DNA of 64,000 nucleotides from Polyangiaceae bacterium. Lineage in GTDB: Bacteria; Myxococcota_A; Polyangia; Polyangiales; Polyangiaceae. A model generated the notes under the pieces. It did not search any database and was not told the DNA's origin. It worked only from the letters and a program-made list of their open reading frames with translations. The stretch's first letter is position 1, and each line of letters opens with the position of its first letter. The DNA lies in assembly GCA_033763455.1 (NCBI GenBank), contig JANRKO010000020.1:41311-105310 (forward strand), given 5' to 3'. A program made the position numbers and the translations under genes. Shown here in pieces: positions 10,968 to 20,216 of the stretch.

Positions 10968-11186
10968 CGAACGGACGGAGCACACCACATCTTCACCGTC
11001 TGCCGCAAATTGCAGGAAATTGTCAACAACTCATGACACCATTCCAGAGCATTCGGCGCCTGCGTCACGAAATCACCAAGGTGTGATTCATCACTTCTCG
11101 TACTCCCACCGAAGCCACCGCTCGCACACTCGCAGCCCGACCACGAGCTCACCGCAGGATGCCTTACGCGCAAGCTAAAAGCGACC

Positions 11187-12431
11187 GTGATATCTGGCAT
11201 GCTCACTCCCTCGCCCACTCTGGAACAACCGGCACGCCGTGATTCTATGTTGTTGTTAGGCGCACTCGTTTTCTTCCAAATGTTGCCAGCAACGCTGCTC
11301 GTACCAACGGCTCGGCCACTTTTCGCCCAAATTTACCATACAGGCGACAGCTACATTCACGCATTCATGTCGATCAATATGCTGGGTGGATTCATTGCTG
11401 CGCCCTTCATTGGCTGGGCCACCGATCGCCTTGGATTTCGGCTACCAACCTTCGTGGCTCTCGGATTTCTGGACGCACTCATTCAGTTCCTGTTACCAAC
11501 GGGCTTGCCGCTGCCGCTCTTGCTCGCGCTACGCACGCTCCAAGGTGCCACTCACGTGGGCGCAGCAACCTTGTTGTTAACCTGTGCAGCTTCTACGGCG
11601 CGCCGAACCGGCAACGCCAAAGTGATGGGGATCGCGGGCTCTGCGCTCATGTTGGCTGTGGCATTCGGCAGTTCCATCGGAGGGCTCTTGCTGAAAGCCG
11701 GGCTCTCTGTTCCCTTTTGGACCGGGTCAGGCCTCGCGGTGCTGGCGGCCGGGCTCGGGTTTCTGCTGCCTCAACAATGGTGGACCGAGAGCCGTCGAAG
11801 TGGGGTAACGTTTGCACTCCTCAGGAACGAACCGTCCTTGTGGGTCCCGGTGAGTTCGGCGTTTGTCGGGCGGTTCACGGTTGGTTGCATTGTTGTAAGC
11901 TTCGCGCTTTATGCGCACCGAGCGTTCAACATCACCGATACTCAGGTAGGCCTGCTCTATTCTTTGCTCACGCTACCGTTTGCACTCTTGATGTACCCTG
12001 CCGCTCGCTTGGGAGATCGCTTTCCGCGGGTGCACGTGCTCGTGGGAGGTGGGGCCGTGTACGCGTTTTCATTGGGGCTCCTAGGGCAAGTGGGCCCGCT
12101 GGCGTTGCCGGGAATCATGGTGTTGATCGGCACCTCGGGCGCCCTAGTGTTTGCATCTACGTTGTGCCTAGCTGCGGGCAATGTGAGCCCGGAAAGACGC
12201 GGCACATCTATGGCCCTCGTGAACTCCGCGGGTTGTTTGGGAATGCTCCTGGGTCCCGCCGTGGCGGGTGGGCTGTCAGTAGCGCTGAAAGCCCAGGGGT
12301 GGGATTCGGTAGAGGCTTACCGCGCCATTTTTGCTGTGGCTGCGCTGTCCTCTCTGCTGTGGCTGGTATCCGTCGCGGTTTGGGCGAAACGTCAGCCAAC
12401 GCGTCGCGAAATTTTCGCTTTTGACCGATGA
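11187..12431 (+). CDS. MFS transporter
   Basis: About 12 hydrophobic segments; motif A GWATDRLGFR and ARLGDRFPR. Confidence 0.88.
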   Translation: MISGMLTPSPTLEQPARRDSMLLLGALVFFQMLPATLLVPTARPLFAQIYHTGDSYIHAFMSINMLGGFIAAPFIGWATDRLGFRLPTFVALGFLDALIQFLLPTGLPLPLLLALRTLQGATHVGAATLLLTCAASTARRTGNAKVMGIAGSALMLAVAFGSSIGGLLLKAGLSVPFWTGSGLAVLAAGLGFLLPQQWWTESRRSGVTFALLRNEPSLWVPVSSAFVGRFTVGCIVVSFALYAHRAFNITDTQVGLLYSLLTLPFALLMYPAARLGDRFPRVHVLVGGGAVYAFSLGLLGQVGPLALPGIMVLIGTSGALVFASTLCLAAGNVSPERRGTSMALVNSAGCLGMLLGPAVAGGLSVALKAQGWDSVEAYRAIFAVAALSSLLWLVSVAVWAKRQPTRREIFAFDR

Positions 12432-12501
12432 AACCGCGAGGGAGCTATTTGAGCTCCGGAGTGCACCGATGCCAAAAATCTACCCATGAGCTAACGCAGC
12501 G

Positions 12502-12517
12502 GCAGCTTGCGTGCCAA
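12502..12517 (-). promoter_or_regulatory. Possible sigma54 -24/-12 element on the minus strand
   Basis: TTGGCACGCAAGCTGC (GG-N10-GC); points antisense through the MFS gene towards cheY. Confidence 0.35.
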
Positions 12518-12609
12518 TCCTATCGTGTGGCACAAATGTGGGCGCCCAGTGTGGCAGAAATGCTGAATTCAGGAGTTCTAACCACCCTTCGCTAGATGGG
12601 GGTCAACAA

Positions 12610-12654
12610 TATCAACTAGTTAAGGCGTGGCGGTTTGGCGGCACGAATTCTGCT
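12610..12654 (+). promoter_or_regulatory. IHF site plus sigma54 -24/-12 promoter
   Basis: TATCAACTAGTTA at 12610-12622 matches WATCAA-N4-TTR; CGGCACGAATTCTGCT has GG at 12640-41 and GC at 12652-53. Confidence 0.6.
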
Positions 12655-12666
12655 CTATGCATATTC

Positions 12667-13194
12667 ATGATGTCAACCAACTCAGCCGATGTTCCCCTCA
12701 TTGCCCCGTCGTTCCTCAACGCCCACCGTTCCGCACCAGGCCTAAAGCCTCGCGGGCCGGCATCGCACAGGGCCTCACGGGGTAAGTCGATAGCTGTGGT
12801 AGCTTCTATCCACGCCGAGTCCTTCGAGCTTGAATTTGGGGACAGGTACGTTCGAATCGCCCTACTCGGCTTGCAGACGTTGCGTTCTATCGATGCGGTG
12901 TACTCGGCCCTGCTGGAATCTCACCACTATCGGGAGGGTCTCAACCTGATTTGGGACCTGCGCGAGGCCGAGCTATTCGGACTCTCCGATTGGGACTGGG
13001 CCCTGCTCACTTCACGCTTAGCCCGCGCCCCAGTAGCGAAGCGCCGCGCTCGTATGGTGTGGGTGTTGCCTAGGCTTTGCGACGATGCATTGGAGGGCAA
13101 AGTTCGCCGTCTGATGAGTAAGCTCAAAATGGTCGACTGGCGATTTGCCTCTGAGCTTGAGGGTGCTGTGAGCTGGGCGTCAACCGACGAATAA
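12667..13194 (+). CDS. Hypothetical protein, possibly STAS/SpoIIAA-like fold
   Basis: LNLIWDLREA, RMVWVL and FASELEGAVSWA resemble SpoIIAA-like proteins; real start may be GTG 12796. Confidence 0.5.
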   Translation: MMSTNSADVPLIAPSFLNAHRSAPGLKPRGPASHRASRGKSIAVVASIHAESFELEFGDRYVRIALLGLQTLRSIDAVYSALLESHHYREGLNLIWDLREAELFGLSDWDWALLTSRLARAPVAKRRARMVWVLPRLCDDALEGKVRRLMSKLKMVDWRFASELEGAVSWASTDE

Positions 13195-13208
13195 CTCCTG
13201 GCGTTACA

Positions 13209-14564
13209 CTACGCTTTGACTTCTTCGTAGTGTTGCAGCTTGCGATACAGAGTGCGTCGATCGAATCCCAAGATCCGAGCCGCTTCCACTTTATTACCGC
13301 CAACGGCCTCCATCACGCGAAGGACATACCGCCGTTCGACCTCCTCCATGGGCACAAGCTCGGTCGGATCGAGCGCTGCCACCAATACGTCAGATGCTCT
13401 ATATTCGGCGATTCGCTCAGGCAAATCGTCCGCTTGTATTTGCTCGGAGAGGGTTAGAACTACAGCGTGCTGGATGGCGTTCCGCAGCTCGCGCACGTTA
13501 CCAGGCCACGGATAGGCTAGTAGGCGCCGTTCGGCATCGAGAGCGAAGCCAACGACGCGCTTGCTGCCCTGTTTGGAGAACTCCGCCGCAAATAGCTTTG
13601 CCAAAAGGAGGATATCCGTTCCACGCGCACGAAGCGGCGGCAACGTAACCTTCACTACATCCAGCCGGTAATAGAGGTCTTCGCGAAAGCGGCCTTCGGC
13701 CACTGCGCCAGCTAGATCTCGATTTGTCGCCGCCACCAATCGAAAGTCCACCGCCGTTTCCCCCGAGCCGCCGACGGCGCGGATCTTCCGCTCTTCCAGA
13801 GCTCGTAAAAGCTTGGGCTGGAGCCCAAGCGGCAGCTCACCGATTTCGTCTAGGAAGAGGGTTCCTCCGCTGGCTTGAACGAACAATCCTTCGCGGTCCG
13901 AGCGTGCATCTGTGAAGGCTCCCTTCTTGTGGCCGAACAGCTCACTTTCAAGCAACGCTTCGGGCAACGCCGAGCAATTCACGGCGATGAAGGGTCCCCG
14001 GCTCCGCGCTCCGGCGTCGTGCACGAAACGCGCGGCCAACTCCTTGCCGGTTCCACTCTCCCCTGTGACAAGGACGCTCGCTTCTGTTGGTGCCACGCGA
14101 ACAAGCTTGTCTTTCATCGCCCGCATTGGAGTCGATTCACCCACAATGCCGTCGAACTCCCCACCACGGGTGATGACACGCTGCAGCCGAAGTACCTCTT
14201 TTTTGCTCTCACTTTCAGAAATCACACGCTGCAGCCGTAGAAGAGCTCCAGCCGGGGTAAAAGGTTTGCTCAAAAAGTCATCCGCACCTGCCTGAATCGC
14301 TTGAAACGCGGTTTCGAGGCTGTTCGCGGAGGTCATCACCACTATTGGCAGATGCGGCTGCTTCTGCCGTAGCCGTCGACAGAACTCCAAGCCGTTCATC
14401 TGCGGCATGAGCACGTCCGTCAACACTGCTGCCACCTGGCTGTCCTCAAGACGGCCAAGTGCAGCCTCGGCGTCGGTGAACACCTCCACCTCAAAGTGAG
14501 CTTTGAAGGTAAGCCTGAGGAGCTCTCCCAAGTCGCTGTCGTCGTCGACAATGAACACGCGCAT
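13209..14564 (-). CDS. NtrC-family sigma54-dependent response regulator (REC-AAA+-Fis HTH)
   Basis: [40 protein letters not shown]-terminal HTH; AAGGAG RBS before ATG 14564. Confidence 0.95.
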   Translation of the reverse strand: MRVFIVDDDSDLGELLRLTFKAHFEVEVFTDAEAALGRLEDSQVAAVLTDVLMPQMNGLEFCRRLRQKQPHLPIVVMTSANSLETAFQAIQAGADDFLSKPFTPAGALLRLQRVISESESKKEVLRLQRVITRGGEFDGIVGESTPMRAMKDKLVRVAPTEASVLVTGESGTGKELAARFVHDAGARSRGPFIAVNCSALPEALLESELFGHKKGAFTDARSDREGLFVQASGGTLFLDEIGELPLGLQPKLLRALEERKIRAVGGSGETAVDFRLVAATNRDLAGAVAEGRFREDLYYRLDVVKVTLPPLRARGTDILLLAKLFAAEFSKQGSKRVVGFALDAERRLLAYPWPGNVRELRNAIQHAVVLTLSEQIQADDLPERIAEYRASDVLVAALDPTELVPMEEVERRYVLRVMEAVGGNKVEAARILGFDRRTLYRKLQHYEEVKA

Positions 14565-14763
14565 ATCAGTCTTCTCCTTCATTACGGCAACCAGTGCGTG
14601 AACAGAAGGCGTGAAACCCGAGCGGCGGGCCGGCAGTCCGGTGACCCTCCCGCCAAAGACCTGACACCTCTCCCGGAAGCGCGCACCGGAAACCTGTAGT
14701 GCCACGAACGCGCGAGCAGCTTAAATTAGGCATATTCCCGCTAAAGCTAGCTCTCGGCGCGTG

Positions 14764-14780
14764 CTGGCACCCGGCTTGCA
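14764..14780 (+). promoter_or_regulatory. sigma54 -24/-12 promoter upstream of flagellin
   Basis: CTGGCACCCGGCTTGCA, an exact TGGCAC-N5-TTGCA consensus. Confidence 0.75.
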
Positions 14781-15092
14781 CAGCAGCCTACCGAGTGACT
14801 TCTCTTGTACGCCCGCCAACGCCAAAAAAGAGCCGCGTAGTGCCGTGCCTTTGCTTCAGACACGACCCGAACGTGCACCCAATATTTCTTACTCTCCCGC
14901 GAAACTCTCGATTAACTGACTCACCTGCACTCCTAACGTTAGCCTGTGATTCCAGCAAGGCTCGGCTCCCAAGGATGTCAACTCGCTGACGAAACGCCGC
15001 CAGCAGAGTGACCGACTGGCCCCTTTTTGACCGACGAAGCCTCAATCAACCCCACCCAAACTCTCGAATAACCTGAGCACAAGGAAAACATC

Positions 15093-15920
15093 ATGCCCCT
15101 ATTCGTCCAGACGAACTTTGCCGCTCTTGCAGCGCAAAAGAACCTCAACATCAACCAAGGTCAGCTAAACGGTAGCTTCCAGAAACTATCGAGCGGCTAC
15201 CGTATCAACTCCGCCGCCGATGACGCCGCGGGCCTTGCCATCAGCGAAGCCATGAAGTCGGACATTCGTTCCTACTCCGTGGCTGAACGAAACGCGATGG
15301 ACGGTATCTCCATGGCACAAACGGCTGAAGGCGCCCTGGGTGAGATCCACCAAATTGTCGCTCGCATGCGCGAACTCGCGGTGCAATCTTCGAACGGCTC
15401 GATGAGCTCGCAAGATCGCGGGTTTCTTCAGACGGAGTTCGGTGAGCTTCAGGCTGAAATCGTGCGTATTCAGGGCGCAGCACAGTTCAACGGTCAGGCG
15501 CTTCTCAACACCGCAGCTACAACCATCGACTTTCAGGTGGGCATCGGCACTACCGCGAGCGACCAGGTTTCCGTGACCTTCGGTGCCGTAGATCTGACCG
15601 CCATCACTGCTGGTATTTCTGTCACGGGCGTGGATGAAACCAACTCTTGGGCAGCCATCAATGCGCTCGACACCTCGATGGACGACATCTCCACCGCGCG
15701 CGCCCGTTTTGGTGCCGTAATGAACAGGCTTGAGGTTTCAGCGGCCACTGTGGCTACCATGCGCGTCAACACCTCCGCTGCCAACTCCCGCATTCGTGAC
15801 GTCGACGTCGCAGCAGAAACGGCTTTCCTGAGCCGTAACCAGGTGCTCACTCAAACTGGCATTGCCGTCTTGGCCCAGGCCAACCAGCTTCCCCAATCCG
15901 TACTCCAGTTGCTTCGCTAA
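15093..15920 (+). CDS. fliC: Flagellin (short, D0/D1 only)
   Basis: KLSSGYRINSAADDAAGLAISE, RMRELAVQ, SRIRDVDVAAE, LAQANQLPQSVLQLLR; AAGGA RBS. Confidence 0.97.
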   Translation: MPLFVQTNFAALAAQKNLNINQGQLNGSFQKLSSGYRINSAADDAAGLAISEAMKSDIRSYSVAERNAMDGISMAQTAEGALGEIHQIVARMRELAVQSSNGSMSSQDRGFLQTEFGELQAEIVRIQGAAQFNGQALLNTAATTIDFQVGIGTTASDQVSVTFGAVDLTAITAGISVTGVDETNSWAAINALDTSMDDISTARARFGAVMNRLEVSAATVATMRVNTSAANSRIRDVDVAAETAFLSRNQVLTQTGIAVLAQANQLPQSVLQLLR

Positions 15921-15949
15921 GCCCGCCTTTTGGCAACGTAAAGCGGGCT
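15920..15949 (+). terminator. Stem-loop right after the flagellin stop (no U-tract)
   Basis: AGCCCGC...GCGGGCT inverted repeat. Confidence 0.5.
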
Positions 15950-16147
15950 GGCGCTTGGTCGCAGCTTAGATAACCGCGCCAACCCTGCGCGCATGCGCAC
16001 AGGCTCACGGGTCGGACATTCTCTGACGTGATAGAAGCGGCTAGCGGCGTCCTTGAAATCGTGATTTCCTGGCGGTTCGGCGATGGGCCGCTCCCAGCAG
16101 GATCGCGCCCGCAACCCACCCACTAAGTAACAGGATGAGGCACGAGC

Positions 16148-16612
16148 ATGACCGCTGACGCTAAGCAGTGGCTTGAAGCAACCATAGCCACCATGCGCGA
16201 TTGCGCTGGGATGTTTGAGGCTGAGGGAGTCGAGGTGCTCGAGGTCTCGGGAGCACTCCCGGCCCACACCGGTGGCGCCTATATCTCCGTAGTTGGTAGC
16301 CAGCAGTCCGCGGAGCTCGGAGTTGTTTGCTCGCCAGATGCGCAACAGGCCCTTGGCCAAAAGTTCCTGGGTGCCGATGCCCCTCTTGCTCCCGACGAAG
16401 TCGCGGATTCGATGCGCGAGATGGCCAACATCGTTGCTGGGGGTCTGAAAACCATGATGGTCCAATACGATCCTACCCTCGCCTTGGGGCTGCCGATGTT
16501 TGTGGACGGAGTTCACCTCGGGTCGAACACGCACACGCACGTCGCGAAGGTGTCGCTCGCAGGCCAAGAAGTTTACTTGATCGTGATCCTGCGGTCCTCT
16601 CACGCCCGCTGA
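16148..16612 (+). CDS. cheX: CheX-like phosphatase
   Basis: DSMREMANIVAGGLK (ExxN), LGLP; GAGG RBS; paralog of 26625-27092. Confidence 0.8.
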   Translation: MTADAKQWLEATIATMRDCAGMFEAEGVEVLEVSGALPAHTGGAYISVVGSQQSAELGVVCSPDAQQALGQKFLGADAPLAPDEVADSMREMANIVAGGLKTMMVQYDPTLALGLPMFVDGVHLGSNTHTHVAKVSLAGQEVYLIVILRSSHAR

Positions 16613-17395
16613 CGCGAGGGCTGGGCCCATTTCAGCTGGCTTTGCCCACTTGACCGGACGGACTGGCGTCGAGTTCGGCAACCGTTCAACAGCGCTGCGC
16701 TTCGAAGGGGGTCAGCGTCTGGGTAATACCGGCGTTTGCCTGGTCTGCCTGCTCCCCACTGATTTTTGCTAGCCAGCTTGCATCCTCGACGCGCACGCTG
16801 GGTATAGAGAGGGTGGCCAACGCACGTTCGGGGCATTCGCGTCTTTCTGACTTGCCCGACCGCTCCCACCTCCGTCCTGACCCTCGTTCGCCGGCCGCCG
16901 GGAACGTCTTAGGCCAGTTCCAGCAGAAGCCCACTAGCGTTGACGCCTGAGCAACACCCTCCTCATTGAGAATGATGCTTGACCGAGTCCCTCACTGGGC
17001 AAGAGCGCGCGCCCGCGCCCGACGCCGCACGCCAGGACACTGAGAACCTGCAACTGCGTCGCTTTGTCCGAAACCTGCAGTTGCGCCTAGGCGAACTGAA
17101 CCCGTCGCGCACAACGCAACGAGATGGCAAAAAAGCTACCAAAACCTAGGCCACAAAGGCTCAACAACAATCAATCAACAACCTTCGCTCCCTCCACAGG
17201 CGCAAGCTCCCGCAGCGTCATCACCAGATACCATGACACGCATCATCTGGTTCCGTGCATAGATTTCTCAAAAAAAAAAGGCCCACGCGCCTTAAATCGC
17301 TATCTTCGCCAACCGTTCCACTCAGCTCGAACAGAGGGAAATAAGGCATATCGCGATTCCCGTGACCCACGTTCACTACTTTCAGGTAAGCGCCC

Positions 17396-19735
17396 ATGAC
17401 GGAACTTGATGACGTCGTTAAAGAATTCTTGGTTGAAAGCCATGAGAACCTGAGTGCGCTGGAGCAGGATCTGGTTCGGCTGGAGCAAACCCCAGACGAC
17501 TCAAAGGAAGCCCTCGCTCGGATATTCCGCACGGTGCACACAGTCAAAGGCACCTGCGGGTTTCTAGGATTCTCCAAACTTGAGAGCGTCACCCACGTCG
17601 GCGAGAACCTGTTGAGCAAGCTGCGTGACGGCGTTCTCCACGTTACAGGGGACATAACCTCCGCACTTTTGGCCTTAGTGGACGCCATCCGGGAGATGCT
17701 AACCTCGGTCGAAACGACCGGAGAGGAGGGCCCGGGGGACTACAGTGCTCTCATCGCCGAGCTCACCCGCCTGCTTGAACCCAAGCAGGCTCCCCCAAAA
17801 CCACAACTTCGAGCCGCTGATGCATCCGTTGAGGTGGAGCGAGCGGAAGCCCCAGTGGCTCCCATCGGGGAGCTCTTGGTCCAAGCGGGCCGCGTGACCC
17901 GCGAAGAGGTCAAAGAGGTGCTTGAGCTCCAGCAGGCGGGCGACCCCCGGCACGTAGGCGAAATCTTAGTGGAGCAAGGCAGAATTGTTCCCGAAGACGT
18001 GGTGGACGCGCTCAACGTCCAGAAGAAGGCCAAGCCGCAAACGGGAGGCCTTGCCGACACAACTATTCGCGTCGAAGTGAGCCAACTGGATAAGCTCATG
18101 AACCTCGTGGGCGAGCTTGTTTTGGCTCGAAATCAGATCCTACAGTTCATCGGCCCGGACACCGACGCAGTACTGCAAACCACCACTCAGCGACTGAACC
18201 TCGTTACCACTGAGCTGCAGGAAGGCGTGATGAAGACGCGCATGCAGCCCATCGATACCGTGTGGTCCAAGTTCCCAAGAGTGATTCGGGACTTAGCGCG
18301 TTCCTGCAGGAAGCGTGTACGCGTTGAGATGGAAGGGCGAGATACCGAGCTCGATAAGACGATTATCGAGGCGATCAAAGATCCACTCACACACATCGTT
18401 CGCAATGCGGTCGACCACGGCGTGGAATCTCCCGAAGAGCGAGAAGCAGCAGGAAAGCCACCGGAAGGCTTCTTAAGGCTCCAAGCATTTCATGAAGGCG
18501 GACACGTAAACATAGAGATATCGGACGATGGTGGCGGCATCGATCCGGAGAAACTAAAGCGCAAAGCGCAGGAAAAAGGCCTGGTATCAGCCGCTGCTTT
18601 GGCACGCATGTCCGAGCGTGAGCTTCTTTCATTAATTTTCATGCCCGGCTTTTCGACGGCCAAGGAAGTCACCAACGTCTCCGGCCGCGGAGTGGGCATG
18701 GATGTGGTGAAGACCAACATCGAACGCATTGGCGGTACCGTGGATATTAGTAGCCGCATCGGTGCCGGAACAACCATCCATATCAAGATCCCCCTCACCT
18801 TAGCGATCATTCCCGCACTTGTGGTGGCTTCCGGTCACGAGCGTTTTGCGATTCCGCAGGTGAGCCTTTTGGAGCTCGTGCGCATGGATCTGGAAAAGCC
18901 CAACGGGGGCATTGAAGACGTGAGCGGTGTGCCCGTGTATCGATTGCGCGGGAACCTGCTTCCAATAGTTGACCTTGGCTTCGAGCTTTTCGGAAAGAAG
19001 TCCAACATCGGCGAAAATGGCGTAGCCACCATTGTTGTTCTGCAAGCCGATGAGCGGCAGTTTGGGCTTTTGGTCGAAGAGATCCACGACACCGAGGAAA
19101 TCGTCGTAAAACCTCTAGGCAAGCAGCTCAAGAATCTCTCCGCATTCTCAGGTGCGACCATCATGGGAGACGGCCGCGTAGCCCTAATCTTAGACGTTTT
19201 GGGGCTGGCTCAAATGGCGCGTGTCGTGGGTACAACGCGAGATCGTTCGCTCGGCGATCGTGGCAAACATGCGCAAGAGTCAGCCGAGAAGCCGGAATCG
19301 TTGCTGCTGGTACGTGTGGGTACACGCCAGACTCTGGCTATCCCGCTCAGGCTCGTGGCACGCCTCGAAGAAGTTGCGTTAGATTCGGTCGAAAGGGCTG
19401 GTGCCAGCAACGTCGTTCAGTATCGCGGGCAGATCATGCCCCTCATCCACCTGAGCGAGGTTGTTTCTGAGATTGTAGAAGCGGATCTGGTTGCGCCCGA
19501 AGTATTGTCCGTAGTGGTATTCGATCACCTGGGGCAAAGCGTGGGCCTCGTGGTTTCGGCCATCGTAGATATCGTGGATGAGGCCGTAAAGCGCCACTCA
19601 ACCGCCAAACGCCCAGGAATTTTGGGCTCCGGCGTGGTGCAAGGGCAGGTTGTTGAGTTGGTTGATCTTCCTGGGTTGATGCAGCGCGTATTGCCCCGCG
19701 CCGTTTCGGACGCCCCCGCCGCACTCGTAGCTTGA
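17396..19735 (+). CDS. cheA: CheA with an MshEN-like insert after Hpt and an extra C-terminal CheW domain
   Basis: FRTVHTVKGTCGFL, HIVRNAVDHG, SGRGVGMDVV; insert PIGELLVQAG..LELQQ..HVGEILVEQG..ALNVQ; second CheW-like domain AIPLRLVARLEE. Confidence 0.95.
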   Translation: MTELDDVVKEFLVESHENLSALEQDLVRLEQTPDDSKEALARIFRTVHTVKGTCGFLGFSKLESVTHVGENLLSKLRDGVLHVTGDITSALLALVDAIREMLTSVETTGEEGPGDYSALIAELTRLLEPKQAPPKPQLRAADASVEVERAEAPVAPIGELLVQAGRVTREEVKEVLELQQAGDPRHVGEILVEQGRIVPEDVVDALNVQKKAKPQTGGLADTTIRVEVSQLDKLMNLVGELVLARNQILQFIGPDTDAVLQTTTQRLNLVTTELQEGVMKTRMQPIDTVWSKFPRVIRDLARSCRKRVRVEMEGRDTELDKTIIEAIKDPLTHIVRNAVDHGVESPEEREAAGKPPEGFLRLQAFHEGGHVNIEISDDGGGIDPEKLKRKAQEKGLVSAAALARMSERELLSLIFMPGFSTAKEVTNVSGRGVGMDVVKTNIERIGGTVDISSRIGAGTTIHIKIPLTLAIIPALVVASGHERFAIPQVSLLELVRMDLEKPNGGIEDVSGVPVYRLRGNLLPIVDLGFELFGKKSNIGENGVATIVVLQADERQFGLLVEEIHDTEEIVVKPLGKQLKNLSAFSGATIMGDGRVALILDVLGLAQMARVVGTTRDRSLGDRGKHAQESAEKPESLLLVRVGTRQTLAIPLRLVARLEEVALDSVERAGASNVVQYRGQIMPLIHLSEVVSEIVEADLVAPEVLSVVVFDHLGQSVGLVVSAIVDIVDEAVKRHSTAKRPGILGSGVVQGQVVELVDLPGLMQRVLPRAVSDAPAALVA

Positions 19736-19747
19736 AAAGGGAACTCT

Positions 19748-20197
19748 ATGCTGACTGAGAACCAATACTGCACGTTCACATTGGGCCCATTCATGTTCGG
19801 AGTCGGTGTGCGTGAGGTGCAAGAGGTCATTCGCTACCAAGAGATGACACGTGTGCCCTTGGCCCCACGCACGGTGGGAGGCCTTATCAATCTACGCGGG
19901 CAGATAGTGGTAGCCGTAGATTTGCGCGAGCGATTGGGCTTACCCGCGCGCGATTCAACGGTGCTTCCTATGAATGTGGTCGTGTGCTCTGACGACGGTG
20001 CCGTGAGCCTTTTGGTCGACGAAATCGGCGACGTTATCGAGGTCAGCCCGTCCGAATTTGAAGCCGCACCCGACACACTTACGGGAACAGCTCGAGATCT
20101 AATAACCGGCGTCTACAAACTTGAGGGAAAGCTCCTGCTCGTTCTCGACGTCAACAAGACCGCCACCACTGAACTTGAAATCGCAAAAGTTGCCTAG
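19748..20197 (+). CDS. cheW: CheW adaptor
   Basis: [36 protein letters not shown]. Confidence 0.95.
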   Translation: MLTENQYCTFTLGPFMFGVGVREVQEVIRYQEMTRVPLAPRTVGGLINLRGQIVVAVDLRERLGLPARDSTVLPMNVVVCSDDGAVSLLVDEIGDVIEVSPSEFEAAPDTLTGTARDLITGVYKLEGKLLLVLDVNKTATTELEIAKVA

Positions 20198-20216
20198 ATT
20201 TTTGAGGGAAATATTC

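Noticed and set aside
16613..17395. c-di-GMP riboswitch or small CDS upstream of cheA2
   Set aside because: No GEMM-like core recognised by eye; the ORFs lack an RBS or protein-like features.
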